Source of the DNA: Alphaproteobacteria bacterium
GTDB lineage: Bacteria; Pseudomonadota; Alphaproteobacteria; UBA828
Reading direction: 5' to 3'
Length of the DNA: 64,000 nucleotides
Assembly: GCA_965237415.1 (NCBI GenBank)
Contig: CBDEFM010000002.1
Location: 3,840,001 to 3,904,000 of the forward strand
Position numbers and translations under genes: made by a program
Notes under the pieces: model-generated
Databases searched by the model: none
What the model was told of the DNA's origin: nothing
What the model saw: only the letters and a program-made list of their open reading frames with translations
Shown: positions 9,731-19,246 of the stretch, piece by piece
Numbering within the stretch: position 1 is the stretch's first letter
Layout of the letters: each line of letters starts with the position of its first letter

Positions 9731-10915
9731 TTACGCCGCCTCGGCGCGGCCCGGAACGATCTGGGCGCCAATGCTGTCTCCGGTGCGGGCGGCGGCGGTC
9801 TTCTCGGCGTCTCGCACTAAGTGGGCGTATCTTGCGGTGGTGCCGACCCGGACATGGCCGAGCAGCCGGCCAATCGCGGGCAGGCCCTCGCCCAGGGCCA
9901 GGGCGCGGGAGGCATACGAGTGTCTGAGATCGTGGACCCGCACGTCGCGCAGCCCGGTCTCCTGCTTGATCCGCCGCCAGTGGTAAGAGAGGCAGGCCAG
10001 CCGGGAGCCCGGTTTGGCGCCCCGGAGGACCCAGGGAACGTCCTCGGCCCGCTCGATGCCGTCGAGCACCTTCAGCACCGGCCCGGTCAGCGGCACCATG
10101 CGCGGACCCGTTTTCGAGTCGCGCAACCGCAGCACCCGCGCCGTGCGGTCGACGTCGTCCCATTTCAGGGTGAGGACCTCGTCCGACCGGCAGCCGGTCA
10201 GCATCAGCAGGCGGATTGCCGCGACCGCGGAGGGCATCATCGAACCCTCGGTCTCCAGCCTGGTCAGCGTCGCGCCGAGATGCCGGTACTCCTCGGGGGT
10301 CAGGAAGCGCTCGCGTGACGTATCGCGGTACTGGCGGACATGGCGGGTCGGCCTGCGGCCGGGCGGCACCATCCCCCAGTTCTCGGCGAGTGCAAACATC
10401 TTGGAGAGCACCCACACCACCTGGTTCGCCGCCGCAGGAGTGTCCCGCAGCTTGTGGTGCAGCGCCGTCACGTCCTCCGGCCCGACATCCTTCAGGGCCT
10501 TCGTTCCCAGGGTGGGGAGGATGTGGTGCTGGATGGCCAGCCGGTAGTTCTTGGCCGTGCTCGGCTTGCACCGCACATCCACGTATTTCTCAAGGCAGCG
10601 CTCGGCCAGATCGGCGACGGTGGGCTCCGGGGCCGGTTCCGGCGGGATCGGATCCTCGCCCCGCTTGATCCGGTCGATGACGGCGGCGGCCTCGCGCCGA
10701 TGCTTGTCGATCGGGTCCTTGCCGACCCGCCCCAGGGTGACCCGCTTCAGGCCGGCCGGCCCGCGGGACTGGACGATGTAGAGCTTGCGCCCGGTGGTGT
10801 GGACCCGGACGCCGAAGCCGGCGAGGTCGCGGTCCCAGAAGATCGCGTCCTTGCCCTCGGCCTTCAGCCGTTCCACAATCCGCTTGGTCAGCCTGAGGGT
10901 GCTTCTCTTGGGCAT
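9731..10915 (-). CDS. Tyrosine integrase with arm-DNA-binding N-terminus (int3), intact
   Basis: WDRDLAGFGVRV; TGCR, HDLRH, LLGH, TTARYAH. Confidence 0.95.
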   Translation of the reverse strand: MPKRSTLRLTKRIVERLKAEGKDAIFWDRDLAGFGVRVHTTGRKLYIVQSRGPAGLKRVTLGRVGKDPIDKHRREAAAVIDRIKRGEDPIPPEPAPEPTVADLAERCLEKYVDVRCKPSTAKNYRLAIQHHILPTLGTKALKDVGPEDVTALHHKLRDTPAAANQVVWVLSKMFALAENWGMVPPGRRPTRHVRQYRDTSRERFLTPEEYRHLGATLTRLETEGSMMPSAVAAIRLLMLTGCRSDEVLTLKWDDVDRTARVLRLRDSKTGPRMVPLTGPVLKVLDGIERAEDVPWVLRGAKPGSRLACLSYHWRRIKQETGLRDVRVHDLRHSYASRALALGEGLPAIGRLLGHVRVGTTARYAHLVRDAEKTAAARTGDSIGAQIVPGRAEAA

Positions 10916-11114
10916 CGCCGTTCTCCCGGCCCCGGAAACCAGTCATCAAATCGTGGTTTCTGAACCTCAACTCAGCGGCGAATCTAAGGTCACCCGTGTC
11001 GGAATGCAAGGGGCGAAAAGCTGATGCGGAGCAAAAACATCTATGTATGACAGGAGGTTGGTAGAAGCGCAGTCGTTACACGTCGGAGCTCGTCGTTGCC
11101 AGTCGAGGGTTCAT

Positions 11115-11144
11115 TGTGTCCCCGGAACAAGTCCGGGCATGACG
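11115..11144. repeat. Alphaproteobacterial REP-like palindrome
   Basis: Reverse complement CGTCATGCCCGGACTTGTTCCGGGGACACA, of the GTCATGCCCGGxxTTGxxCCGGG type. Confidence 0.6.
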
Positions 11145-11271
11145 AAGTGGTGGGGTGAGGTCGAAGAGAACACGCACCGGATCAACGGTAAGGAGATGTC
11201 TCGAACAGGACGCTTGCACCCCGCACCATGGTGCGGTGGAGGGCGGCTGCTCGGCGCGCCAGCATCGCCTC

Positions 11272-12021
11272 ATGCAAAATGAAACCCGACAGACCACGAC
11301 AGCCGCGGCGTTCGGACGCTCCTCCGTCGCGCGGCTGCCGCCCACCCTGCGCGAGGCCGTCGATACGGCCATCGCAGACGGCGCCACCATCGACGAGATC
11401 ACGGCCCGCATCCGGGCGGAGGGCGGCGCGTGCTCGCGCTCCGCCGTCGGCCGCTACGTCAAGAACATGCGCGGCCTGATCCGCCAACAGCAGGAGGCCG
11501 ACCGCGCCAGCGAGGCGTGGATGCGTGCGCTCGGCGCGCGTGCGCAAGGCCAGGCGGGGCTCATCCTGATCGAGACCCTGCGGACGCTGGTGCTCTCCGC
11601 CCTGGCCGATCTCAGCCGGCGCGAGGAGCCCGTGTCGACGGAAGAGCTCGCCCGCATGGCGCTGGTTCTCAGGCGCATCGAAGGCACCGACAAGCTCCGC
11701 CTCGAGCGGGAGCGGGCGGCGGCGAAGGCGGCCAGGGCCGCGCCCGGCGCGGGCCAGTTGCCGGTCAGGAAGGGCCTCTCGCCCGAGGCCGTGGCCGCCA
11801 TCCGCGAGGTCGTCGAGGGAAGGCCCCGTCGGCCTGCGCGCGCCGTCACATCGGCGCCGGTCGACCCTTGGAATCCTGCGGAATCCCACTTAATCCCACT
11901 TAATCCCGGCGAATCCCGCTCAGAAAATGTGTCGGGCGTGTCCCGGCCCGGCCCCACACCATACGAATCCCTCGGGCCGGCGCTTGCAGCCCAGCCCACC
12001 TCCCGCTCGCCCCCTCCCTAG
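11272..12021 (+). CDS. Mu-like phage Gp27 / DUF3486 family protein
   Basis: GRSSVARLP..LREAV..GATIDEI..SRSAVGRY; C-terminal KGLSPEAVAAIRE. Confidence 0.8.
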   Translation: MQNETRQTTTAAAFGRSSVARLPPTLREAVDTAIADGATIDEITARIRAEGGACSRSAVGRYVKNMRGLIRQQQEADRASEAWMRALGARAQGQAGLILIETLRTLVLSALADLSRREEPVSTEELARMALVLRRIEGTDKLRLERERAAAKAARAAPGAGQLPVRKGLSPEAVAAIREVVEGRPRRPARAVTSAPVDPWNPAESHLIPLNPGESRSENVSGVSRPGPTPYESLGPALAAQPTSRSPPP

Positions 12022-12030
12022 TCTTTCAAA

Positions 12031-12126
12031 TCCCTCAACGGCGGGCGCTCGCTCCGCTCGCTTGCCTACGCGCCATTCGGCGCGGCGCGCGGTCGCGCGC
12101 TCCGGACCTGCGGTCCGGCACTCCCC
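12031..12126. repeat. Dispersed GC-rich hairpin repeat, copy A
   Basis: CCTCAnnnnCGGGCGCTCGCTCCGC also at 29822 and 56552; CTACGCGCCATTCGGCGCG shared with the 56.6-kb copy. Confidence 0.75.
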
Positions 12127-12277
12127 ATGGCAACCTCCTGATCGGATGCCGCGCCCGCGACCTTTCAGGCGCGGGCGACTCAGGCCCGCGCGACTAGGCG
12201 CTTCCTTGCCGCGCCGCCGGGGGCGCGTATAGTCTGGCCGCTGCCGGAAGGGGGCGGACGAGGACGGAGAGCGCGGC

Positions 12278-13693
12278 TTGCGCTACATCAGCACGCGGCA
12301 GAGCGATGGCCGGGGGGTCTCGTTCGAACACGCCCTGCTCCAGGGCCTCGCCCGCGACGGCGGCCTCTACCTGCCGGCGGCGTGGCCGGCGCTCGACGCC
12401 GCCACCCTCGAAGGCCTGCGCGGCCGCGCTTACGCGCAAGTGGCGGCGGCCGTCGTGGCGTGCTTCACCGGCCGGGCCTTCTCGCGCGCGAGCCTCGAAG
12501 CCATCGCGGCGGAGAGCTACGCCGGCTTCGACCACCCCGCCACCGCGCCGCTGATCCAGCTCGGCCCGAACCTCTGGCTGCAAGAGCTCTTCCACGGCCC
12601 CACCCTGGCCTTCAAGGATTTCGCGCTGCAGATGGTGGCGCGCCTGCTGGACGCGGTGCTGGCCAAGCGCGGGCGGACGGCGACGATCCTCGCCGCCACC
12701 TCGGGCGACACGGGCGCTGCCGCGATCGAGGCGTTCCGGGGCCGGGACGCGCTCTCGGTCGTCGTGCTTCACCCGGCGGGGCGGGTCTCCGAAATGCAGC
12801 GGCGCCAGATGACGACCGCGGCGGAGCCCAACGTCCACAACGTCGCCATCGCCGGCACCTTCGACGACTGCCAGGCGCTGGTGAAGGCGCTCTTCGCCGA
12901 CCTGGCGCTCCGCGACGAGATCGGGCTCGCCGCGGTCAACTCGATCAACTGGGCGCGCGTCGCCGCGCAGACGGCCTATTACGTCTACGCGGCGCTGGCC
13001 CTCGGCGCGCCGGGCCGCGCGGTCTCCTTCGTCGTGCCGACGGGCAACTTCGGCAACGTCTATGCCGGCTACGCCGCGCGGCAGATGGGCGTGCCCATCG
13101 AGCGCCTCGTCGTGGCGACGAACCGCAACGACATCCTCGCCCGCTTCTTCGAGACCGGCCGCTACCGCAAGGGCACGGTGCACCGGACGCTGAGCCCCAG
13201 CATGGACATTCAGGTCGCGAGCAACTTCGAGCGCCTGCTCGCCGATCTGTGCGCCCGCGACGGCGCCGCCGTGCGCGCGTTGATGGCCGCGCTTGCCGAG
13301 CACGGCGAGTTCACGCTGGAGGGCGACCGGCTCGCGCGAGCGCAGGCCGTCTTCGCCGCCGCGCGCGCCGACGACGAGGCTTGCCTCGCGACCATCTCAG
13401 ACGTGTGGCGGGAGAGCGGGCGCATGATCGATCCGCACAGCGCGGCCGGAGTCCACGCGGCCCGGCGGCTCGGTTCAGGGGCGGCGCCGGTGGTGAGCCT
13501 CGCCACCGCGCACGCGGCGAAGTTCCCCGATGCCATCGAGCGCGCCATCGGCATCCGCCCGGCGCTGCCGCCGAGGCTCGCGGCGCTTGCGTCCAAACCT
13601 GAGCGGGTGACGGAGCTGCCCGCCGATACGGCCCTGCTCACGCGCTTCATCCGCGACCGGGTCCACGCGCCGCAGCGGGAGCGTGTGGCGTGA
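12278..13693 (+). CDS. thrC: Threonine synthase
   Basis: RYISTR, DGGLYLP, ELFHGPTLAFKDFALQ, ATSGDTG, NSINWAR, PTGNFGN. Confidence 0.97.
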   Translation: MRYISTRQSDGRGVSFEHALLQGLARDGGLYLPAAWPALDAATLEGLRGRAYAQVAAAVVACFTGRAFSRASLEAIAAESYAGFDHPATAPLIQLGPNLWLQELFHGPTLAFKDFALQMVARLLDAVLAKRGRTATILAATSGDTGAAAIEAFRGRDALSVVVLHPAGRVSEMQRRQMTTAAEPNVHNVAIAGTFDDCQALVKALFADLALRDEIGLAAVNSINWARVAAQTAYYVYAALALGAPGRAVSFVVPTGNFGNVYAGYAARQMGVPIERLVVATNRNDILARFFETGRYRKGTVHRTLSPSMDIQVASNFERLLADLCARDGAAVRALMAALAEHGEFTLEGDRLARAQAVFAAARADDEACLATISDVWRESGRMIDPHSAAGVHAARRLGSGAAPVVSLATAHAAKFPDAIERAIGIRPALPPRLAALASKPERVTELPADTALLTRFIRDRVHAPQRERVA

Positions 13694-14949
13694 GCGTGCA
13701 GACCTCGCGCCTCGCCAACGGGCTCAGGGTGGTCAGCGATCCCGTGGATCATGTCGAGACGGCCTCGATCGGCCTCTGGGTCGATGTCGGCGCGCGCTGC
13801 GAGTCGGAAGAAACCAACGGCATGTCGCACCTGCTGGAGCACATGGCCTTCAAGGGCACCGAGCGGCGCAGCGCCCGCGACATCGCCGAGGAGATCGAAG
13901 CGGTCGGCGGCCATCTCAACGCCTACACCTCGCGCGAGACCACCGCCTACTACGCCAAGGTGATGAAGGAGGACGTGCCGCTCGCGCTCGACCTGCTCGC
14001 CGACATCCTGCAGCACTCGACCTTCGATCCGGAGGAGCTGGAGCGCGAGCGCGCGGTCGTCATTCAGGAGATCGCGCAGGTCAACGACACGCCGGACGAC
14101 CTCGTGTTCGACCGCTTTCAGGAGACGGCCTACCCCGACCAGCCCCTCGGCCGCAGCATCCTTGGCCCGCCCGAGCGGGTCGGCAGCTATTCGCGGGACG
14201 CGCTCGCGGCCTACATGGCGGCGCAGTACCGGGCGGCGCGCATGGTGCTCGTGGGTTCGGGCCGGATCGATCACGACGGACTCGCCGCGGCTGCGGAAGA
14301 GGCCTTCACCGCGCTGCCCGAGGGGCCGACGGCGGCGGCGGCGGCGGCGGTCTATGGCGGCGGCGATTGCCGCATCGTCCGCGATCTGGAGCAGGCGCAC
14401 CTGGTCGTGGGCTTCGACGGCGTCGCCTACGACGACGACGACTTCTACGCGCTGCAGGTGCTCTCCACCCTGCTCGGCGGCGGCATGTCGTCGCGGCTCT
14501 TCCAGGAGATCCGGGAGCGGCGAGGGCTGGCTTATTCGGTCTTCACCTTCTCCTCGAGCTACGCCGATGGCGGCATCTTCGGCGTCTATGCCGGCACCGG
14601 GGAGGATCAGCTCGCCGAGCTGGTCCCGGTGATGGCGGACGAGCTGATGGGCGCGTGCGCCACGGTGAGCGACGAGGAGGTCGCGCGCGCCCGCGCCCAG
14701 CTCAAGGCCGGCCTGCTGATGTCGCTGGAGAGCACCCAGGCACGGGCGGAGCGGCTGGGCCGCCACATCCTGCTGTTCGGCCGGCCGCTCCCGATCGCGG
14801 AGATGATCGAACGCGTCGATGCCATCGACCGCGAGGCGGTGCGCCGCACCGCAAGCCGCATCCTGCAGGGATGCCGGCCGACGGTCGCAGCCCTCGGGCC
14901 CATCGACACGCTGGAGAGCCATGACTCCATCGCCGCCCGCTTCGCCTGA
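13690..14949 (+). CDS. M16 (pitrilysin) family peptidase
   Basis: HLLEHMAFKGT, NAYTSRE, GGGMSSRLFQEIRE; usual position after thrC. Confidence 0.96.
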   Translation: MSVQTSRLANGLRVVSDPVDHVETASIGLWVDVGARCESEETNGMSHLLEHMAFKGTERRSARDIAEEIEAVGGHLNAYTSRETTAYYAKVMKEDVPLALDLLADILQHSTFDPEELERERAVVIQEIAQVNDTPDDLVFDRFQETAYPDQPLGRSILGPPERVGSYSRDALAAYMAAQYRAARMVLVGSGRIDHDGLAAAAEEAFTALPEGPTAAAAAAVYGGGDCRIVRDLEQAHLVVGFDGVAYDDDDFYALQVLSTLLGGGMSSRLFQEIRERRGLAYSVFTFSSSYADGGIFGVYAGTGEDQLAELVPVMADELMGACATVSDEEVARARAQLKAGLLMSLESTQARAERLGRHILLFGRPLPIAEMIERVDAIDREAVRRTASRILQGCRPTVAALGPIDTLESHDSIAARFA

Positions 14950-15223
14950 AGATCGCGCCGGGCGGCCGCCGGACGCCCTCACCGATGTCCCGCCGGACGC
15001 GGACGAGACGCTCGACGTGCAGGGCCTGATGTGTCCGCTGCCGGTGCTGAAGGCGCGCAAGGCGCTGAAGCGCCTCGCCCCCGGCACGACGCTCAAGGTG
15101 CTCGCGACCGATCCCGCCTCGGTCATCGACTTCAAGCATTTCTGCGAGACCGCGCCCTTCGAGCTGCTCGGCTGGCAGGAGGAGGCCGGGGTTTACGCGT
15201 TCAGGATCAGGACGCCCGGCTGA
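14921..15223 (+). CDS. tusA: Sulfur carrier protein, TusA family
   Basis: LDVQGLMCPLPVLKARKAL..VLATDP; ATG 14921 preceded by GGAGAG. Confidence 0.88.
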   Translation: MTPSPPASPEDRAGRPPDALTDVPPDADETLDVQGLMCPLPVLKARKALKRLAPGTTLKVLATDPASVIDFKHFCETAPFELLGWQEEAGVYAFRIRTPG

Positions 15224-15807
15224 TGGCCTTCCTCCGCCCGGCCAGCGATTCCGCGCGCGAGGCGACGCTGGAGACGCGCGCGCGCTACCTCAGGCCGCCG
15301 CAGATGCGCGACTGGCGGGCCTGGGCCGAGCTCAGGGCGCTCTCGCGCGCGTTCCTCAGCCCGTGGGAGCCGACCTGGACGAGCGACGCGCTGACCCGCA
15401 GCGCCTACCGCCGGCGTATCCGCCGCCAGCTCAGGGACGGGCAGGACGATATCGGCTACGCCTTCTTCCTGTTCCGCCGGGACGACGACGCGCTGCTCGG
15501 CGGGATGACGCTGAGCAACGTGCAGCGCGGCGCGATGCAGTCGTGCAGCGTCGGCTACTGGATCGGCCGGCCTCACGCCAGGCGCGGCCACATGAGCGAG
15601 GCGCTGACCGGGCTGCTCGGCCATTGCTTCGGCCCCCTCGGCCTGCACCGTGTCGAGGCCGCGTGCATGCCGAACAACATCGCGAGCCGGAAGCTGCTGG
15701 AGAAGGCGGGGTTCCGCTGCGAAGGGCACGCCCGCGCCTACCTCAAGATCGCCGGCGAGTGGCGCGACCATCTGCTCTACGCGACGATCGCGCCGCGCAA
15801 ACCATGA
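15223..15807 (+). CDS. rimJ: RimJ-like GNAT N-acetyltransferase
   Basis: SRAFLSPWEP, GYWIG, LHRVEAAC..NIAS..LLEKAGF..YLKIAGEWRDH. Confidence 0.9.
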   Translation: MAFLRPASDSAREATLETRARYLRPPQMRDWRAWAELRALSRAFLSPWEPTWTSDALTRSAYRRRIRRQLRDGQDDIGYAFFLFRRDDDALLGGMTLSNVQRGAMQSCSVGYWIGRPHARRGHMSEALTGLLGHCFGPLGLHRVEAACMPNNIASRKLLEKAGFRCEGHARAYLKIAGEWRDHLLYATIAPRKP

Positions 15808-15830
15808 CCTTTGTGAGAATTCCGGGCTAG

Positions 15831-17476
15831 GAGCGTGCGCCGTAGAAGTTTTGATGCTGGGCGATTGGCGCGGGGCCGCCGGAGAGGTGGGATTTTGGCC
15901 CGAGTGTGGACATCTGGCCCGCCCGGTCTGGGATGGAAATCCCTGACCGGAAGGCCGGAACGGAAGAGATTCGCGTTTCATACGCGGTCGATGGGCACTG
16001 CGCGCCCCGGAGCAAGTGCGTTGGCAGGCCAGCACCTGCCTCAGCACGTTGCCACCGTCCCCATCCGCTCGATGTTCAACGCCAAGCACACGAGGTCCCA
16101 CTCGCCGCGCACCTTCGCCAAGCCTCGCAGGCTGAATCGTCGGAACCCGAGCACCTTCTCGATCCACCCGTTCGGCGCCTCCGAGAGCCACTTGCGTTGC
16201 GCGTACCGGGCTTTGCCCGCGGGGCTCGCCAGTTTCTCACCCATGCGGTGCGTGGCAGGGAGCCGGGCCGGGTCGACCGCCACCTGGGACTTGCCTTCAC
16301 GCCCCAGCGCTACGTGCGCGTCGATGCCGCGATCTTCCAGCTCCAACAGATCCGGCTCGTTGCAGTAGCCCGCATCGGCCAGTACCACCGCAGGCTCGAC
16401 CCCAAACGTCTCGTTGATCTCGTCGAGCATCCCCACCAGCTGACCCTGGTCGCTGGCCTGTGGCCCCACCCGAGCCGCGACGATGATCCGGTGCTCCCCA
16501 TCGACCGCCATCTGCGCGTTGTAGCACTGCTGGAATCCCTCGCTGCTGGTCTTCACGATCCGGCTCTCGGGATCGGTGAAATTGCTCTGCGCCTTCGGCT
16601 CGGGCTCGCCGTAGGCCCGCTTGTAGGGCCGCCCGCCCCGGGGATTGCGGTCCTGCCCAGGCTCGCGCCCGCGCTCATCGTCGCGCCCGCGTTGCGCCGC
16701 CTCCAAACGCGCTTTGGCTGCCTGGATCGCCGCCAGGCGCTTCTCCCTGCGTTGCAACTCCTCGGGCAACTCGTCGCCCCGGAAATCCTCGCCCCAACGC
16801 TCGTCTTCTTCGGCGTCCACCATCCCCGCCCTCGTCAGCAGCGCCTCGATCTCCGCCTGCAAGCGAGCCGCCTCTTTGCCCATCCGCTCATAGCTCATCG
16901 CCTTGCGCTTGCTCGCGTTCGCTCGCACCTTCGTCCCGTCGACCGAGAGCTTGCCGAACCGCGCCAGTCCCATCTCGCGCGCCACCTGCACCACCCCCAC
17001 AAACAGCTCGCTGAACGCCGCCAGATGTCGGCGTCGGAACTCACATACCGTGCGATGTTGCGGGAAGTTGCCCGCCGCGAGCATCCGAAACGCTACATCC
17101 TCCTCCAGCTTCCTCGCCACCGCGCGCGAGGAGAATGTGCCCGTCGCGTAGGCATAGATCAGCACCTTGACCATCATCGACGGCTCGTAGGGGGCGTTGC
17201 GTCGACCGTCCCCCTCGTAGGGCGCATAGAACGCCGTCAAGTCCAGTGCATCGACCACATCGCTGACGTGATGAGCCAGGTGCCCTGGGGGAACCCACTC
17301 CTGCAAGTCCGGCGGCAAAAGCAAGGGTTGGGCCGGCTGGTAAGCACGAAACGTGGTCGGCATCGGGAGTTCCTACACGCAACTGGCGTATCGGATCATA
17401 CTTCCCCCTGCGCAAATCCACCCACAACCCGTCCGCTATCAACTTTGCCGCGCGGACCTTTCCGCGGCGCACGCTC
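15831..17476 (-). mobile_element. IS1182-family element A
   Basis: TIR GAGCGTGCGCCG / CGGCGCACGCTC; CTAG on both sides (15827-30, 17477-80). Confidence 0.92.
16041..17363 (-). CDS. IS1182-family transposase
   Basis: LLPPDLQEW, YAYATGTFSSR, VDGTKVRANASK, NFTDPESR, YNAQ, LADAGY. Confidence 0.95.
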   Translation of the reverse strand: MPTTFRAYQPAQPLLLPPDLQEWVPPGHLAHHVSDVVDALDLTAFYAPYEGDGRRNAPYEPSMMVKVLIYAYATGTFSSRAVARKLEEDVAFRMLAAGNFPQHRTVCEFRRRHLAAFSELFVGVVQVAREMGLARFGKLSVDGTKVRANASKRKAMSYERMGKEAARLQAEIEALLTRAGMVDAEEDERWGEDFRGDELPEELQRREKRLAAIQAAKARLEAAQRGRDDERGREPGQDRNPRGGRPYKRAYGEPEPKAQSNFTDPESRIVKTSSEGFQQCYNAQMAVDGEHRIIVAARVGPQASDQGQLVGMLDEINETFGVEPAVVLADAGYCNEPDLLELEDRGIDAHVALGREGKSQVAVDPARLPATHRMGEKLASPAGKARYAQRKWLSEAPNGWIEKVLGFRRFSLRGLAKVRGEWDLVCLALNIERMGTVATC

Positions 17477-17480
17477 CTAG

Positions 17481-19045
17481 CAGTCTGTCGGACTTTGGGT
17501 CATCGATTGAGTATGAATTTGTCGCCGGTGGTTTGGGCGTCGGGCCGAGTTGGCACTGGTTCCTTCCCGATAGAGGCGGTTTGCCGGTTCTGCGGCGGAT
17601 CGCGGCGTGGGGGCGCTTGCTCTGTCACGACCTGCTCCGCCGAGGCGCCTCATGTCGCCAGGCTCAGCTTGTGCAAGCGCTTGCAGTTGTAGGCGAGAGC
17701 CACCAGGGTCCACTCGCTCTCGACCTTCTCGAGGCCGCGCAGCGAGAACCCGGCGAAGCCGAGCACCGCCTTGATGACGCCGAAGACCGGTTCGACGGTC
17801 TGCCGGCGAAGCTTGTAGAGGGCACGGCCCTCTTCGCTCGCGAGCTTCTCCGCCATCGCCTTCAACCAGTCGGCCTTGGGCTCCCGTGCCGCCGGGAGAG
17901 CCTTCGCCGGGCGGAAGTCGTGTGTCCGCCGACGGCCTTCCGCCGAGGGCGACACCAACGCCTCGATGCCGCCCGCCTCGAGCGCCGCCACCTCCGCACC
18001 GTTGGCATAGCCGTTGTCCGCGAGCACCGTCTCCGGCCGGCCCAGCGCCGAAGGGATCGCCTCGATGTCCGCCACCAGCTCGTTGCGGTCGCTGGCGCAT
18101 TGGCTGACCCGCGCGCCCACGATCAACTGACTGCCGCCGGCATCCACCGCCGCCTGCGCGTTGTAGGCCTGGCGATACTCATGGTGCTTGCTCTTGCGCA
18201 TCAGCCGGCTGTCCGGGTCGCTCAGATTGCTCTGCGCGTCCGCAGCCGGCGTCTCGGCCGGCGGCTTCGGATGCTTGCCCTTGGCACGACCACGGCGCTT
18301 CTCCCGCGCCGCCACCTTGGCCTCGTAGGCCTCGCGCTCCGCTGCCGCCCGCGCTTGCGCCTGCGCCTCCAGACGGCGACGGGCCGCATCGAGCTTGTCG
18401 CGCAAGGCCTCGCGGCGGGCAATCTCCTTCGGCAAGGCCTGAGGATCGTCCTCGCCAGCCGCGTCTGCCGCCTCCGCCCGGCCCAGCAACGCCGCGATCT
18501 CTCCTTCCAGTTGGGCGATCAACGCGCCCGCGCGCTCGTACCTCACCGAGCGATGCTTGCTGGCGTTGGCCTTGAACTTGGAGCCGTCGACGCTCACCAG
18601 GCCCACGCGCAACAGCTTCAACTCCTTGGCCAGAAGCAGAACCTGCAAGAAGCTCTCCGACACCGCAGCGAAGTTCTCCCGCCGGAAGCGCGCGATCGTG
18701 TCGTGGTCGGGGTGACGGTTCGCCGCGACGAAGCGAACCCCGATATCGCGGTGCGTCGCCCGCTCGATCCGACGGCTGGAGAAGATCCCGTTGGCGTAGC
18801 AGTAGATCATCAGCGCCAGCATCATCCGTGGGTGATACTGCGCCGAGCCCGTGCCGCGATGGTTCACCTTGAAGGCGCCCAGATCGACACGCTCCACCGC
18901 CTCGATCACGAAGTGCCCCAAATCATCCGCCGGGAGCCAGTCCCGCAGATCGGGAGGAAGCAGAAACGCCTGCTCCCGATCACACTCGACAAAGTTGCTC
19001 ATCGCGCGATTATAAGAGAAATCCAGCCCAAAGTCGGACAGACTG
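17481..19045 (-). mobile_element. IS1182-family element B, copy 1
   Basis: TIR CAGTCTGTCGGACTTTGGG / CCCAAAGTCGGACAGACTG; CTAG flanks. Confidence 0.93.
17650..19002 (-). CDS. IS1182-family transposase
   Basis: LLPPDLRDWL, YANGIFSSRRIE, VDGSKFKANASK, DPDSRLM, LADNGY, VEPVFG. Confidence 0.95.
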   Translation of the reverse strand: MSNFVECDREQAFLLPPDLRDWLPADDLGHFVIEAVERVDLGAFKVNHRGTGSAQYHPRMMLALMIYCYANGIFSSRRIERATHRDIGVRFVAANRHPDHDTIARFRRENFAAVSESFLQVLLLAKELKLLRVGLVSVDGSKFKANASKHRSVRYERAGALIAQLEGEIAALLGRAEAADAAGEDDPQALPKEIARREALRDKLDAARRRLEAQAQARAAAEREAYEAKVAAREKRRGRAKGKHPKPPAETPAADAQSNLSDPDSRLMRKSKHHEYRQAYNAQAAVDAGGSQLIVGARVSQCASDRNELVADIEAIPSALGRPETVLADNGYANGAEVAALEAGGIEALVSPSAEGRRRTHDFRPAKALPAAREPKADWLKAMAEKLASEEGRALYKLRRQTVEPVFGVIKAVLGFAGFSLRGLEKVESEWTLVALAYNCKRLHKLSLAT

Positions 19046-19246
19046 CTAGCCCAGTCAGTGGGATGGGTCACGATTTGAACGAACTATGAAATGCGATATT
19101 TCTGATTTGGGACGAGTGCCTGCGTTGCACGGGTGCGTCGCAGACCGTCCGGGCGGTCGTGGCGGCCGGCGACGAGACCTTCCGGGCTTTTGCGCGATCG
19201 CCCGAGGCAGGCGCAACCTGATGGACACCCGGATGGCGCCGAACGC

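Noticed and set aside
8706-10571. Long alternative-frame and antisense ORFs (also 13210-15135, 15906-17480, 22094-24046, 31943-33928, 60423-62099, 61978-63948)
   Set aside because: Shadow ORFs expected in high-GC DNA; they overlap well-supported genes and lack motifs.
7334-10915. RIT element (recombinase in trio)
   Set aside because: These are arm-binding phage-type integrases, do not overlap, one is truncated, and no RIT terminal repeats were seen.
10916-11270. tRNA/tmRNA integration target next to the integrases
   Set aside because: No cloverleaf or T-loop/CCA signature found; only a REP-like palindrome.
11871-11920. CRISPR-like array
   Set aside because: 10-bp period, no spacers, no cas genes; no CRISPR array seen anywhere in the window.
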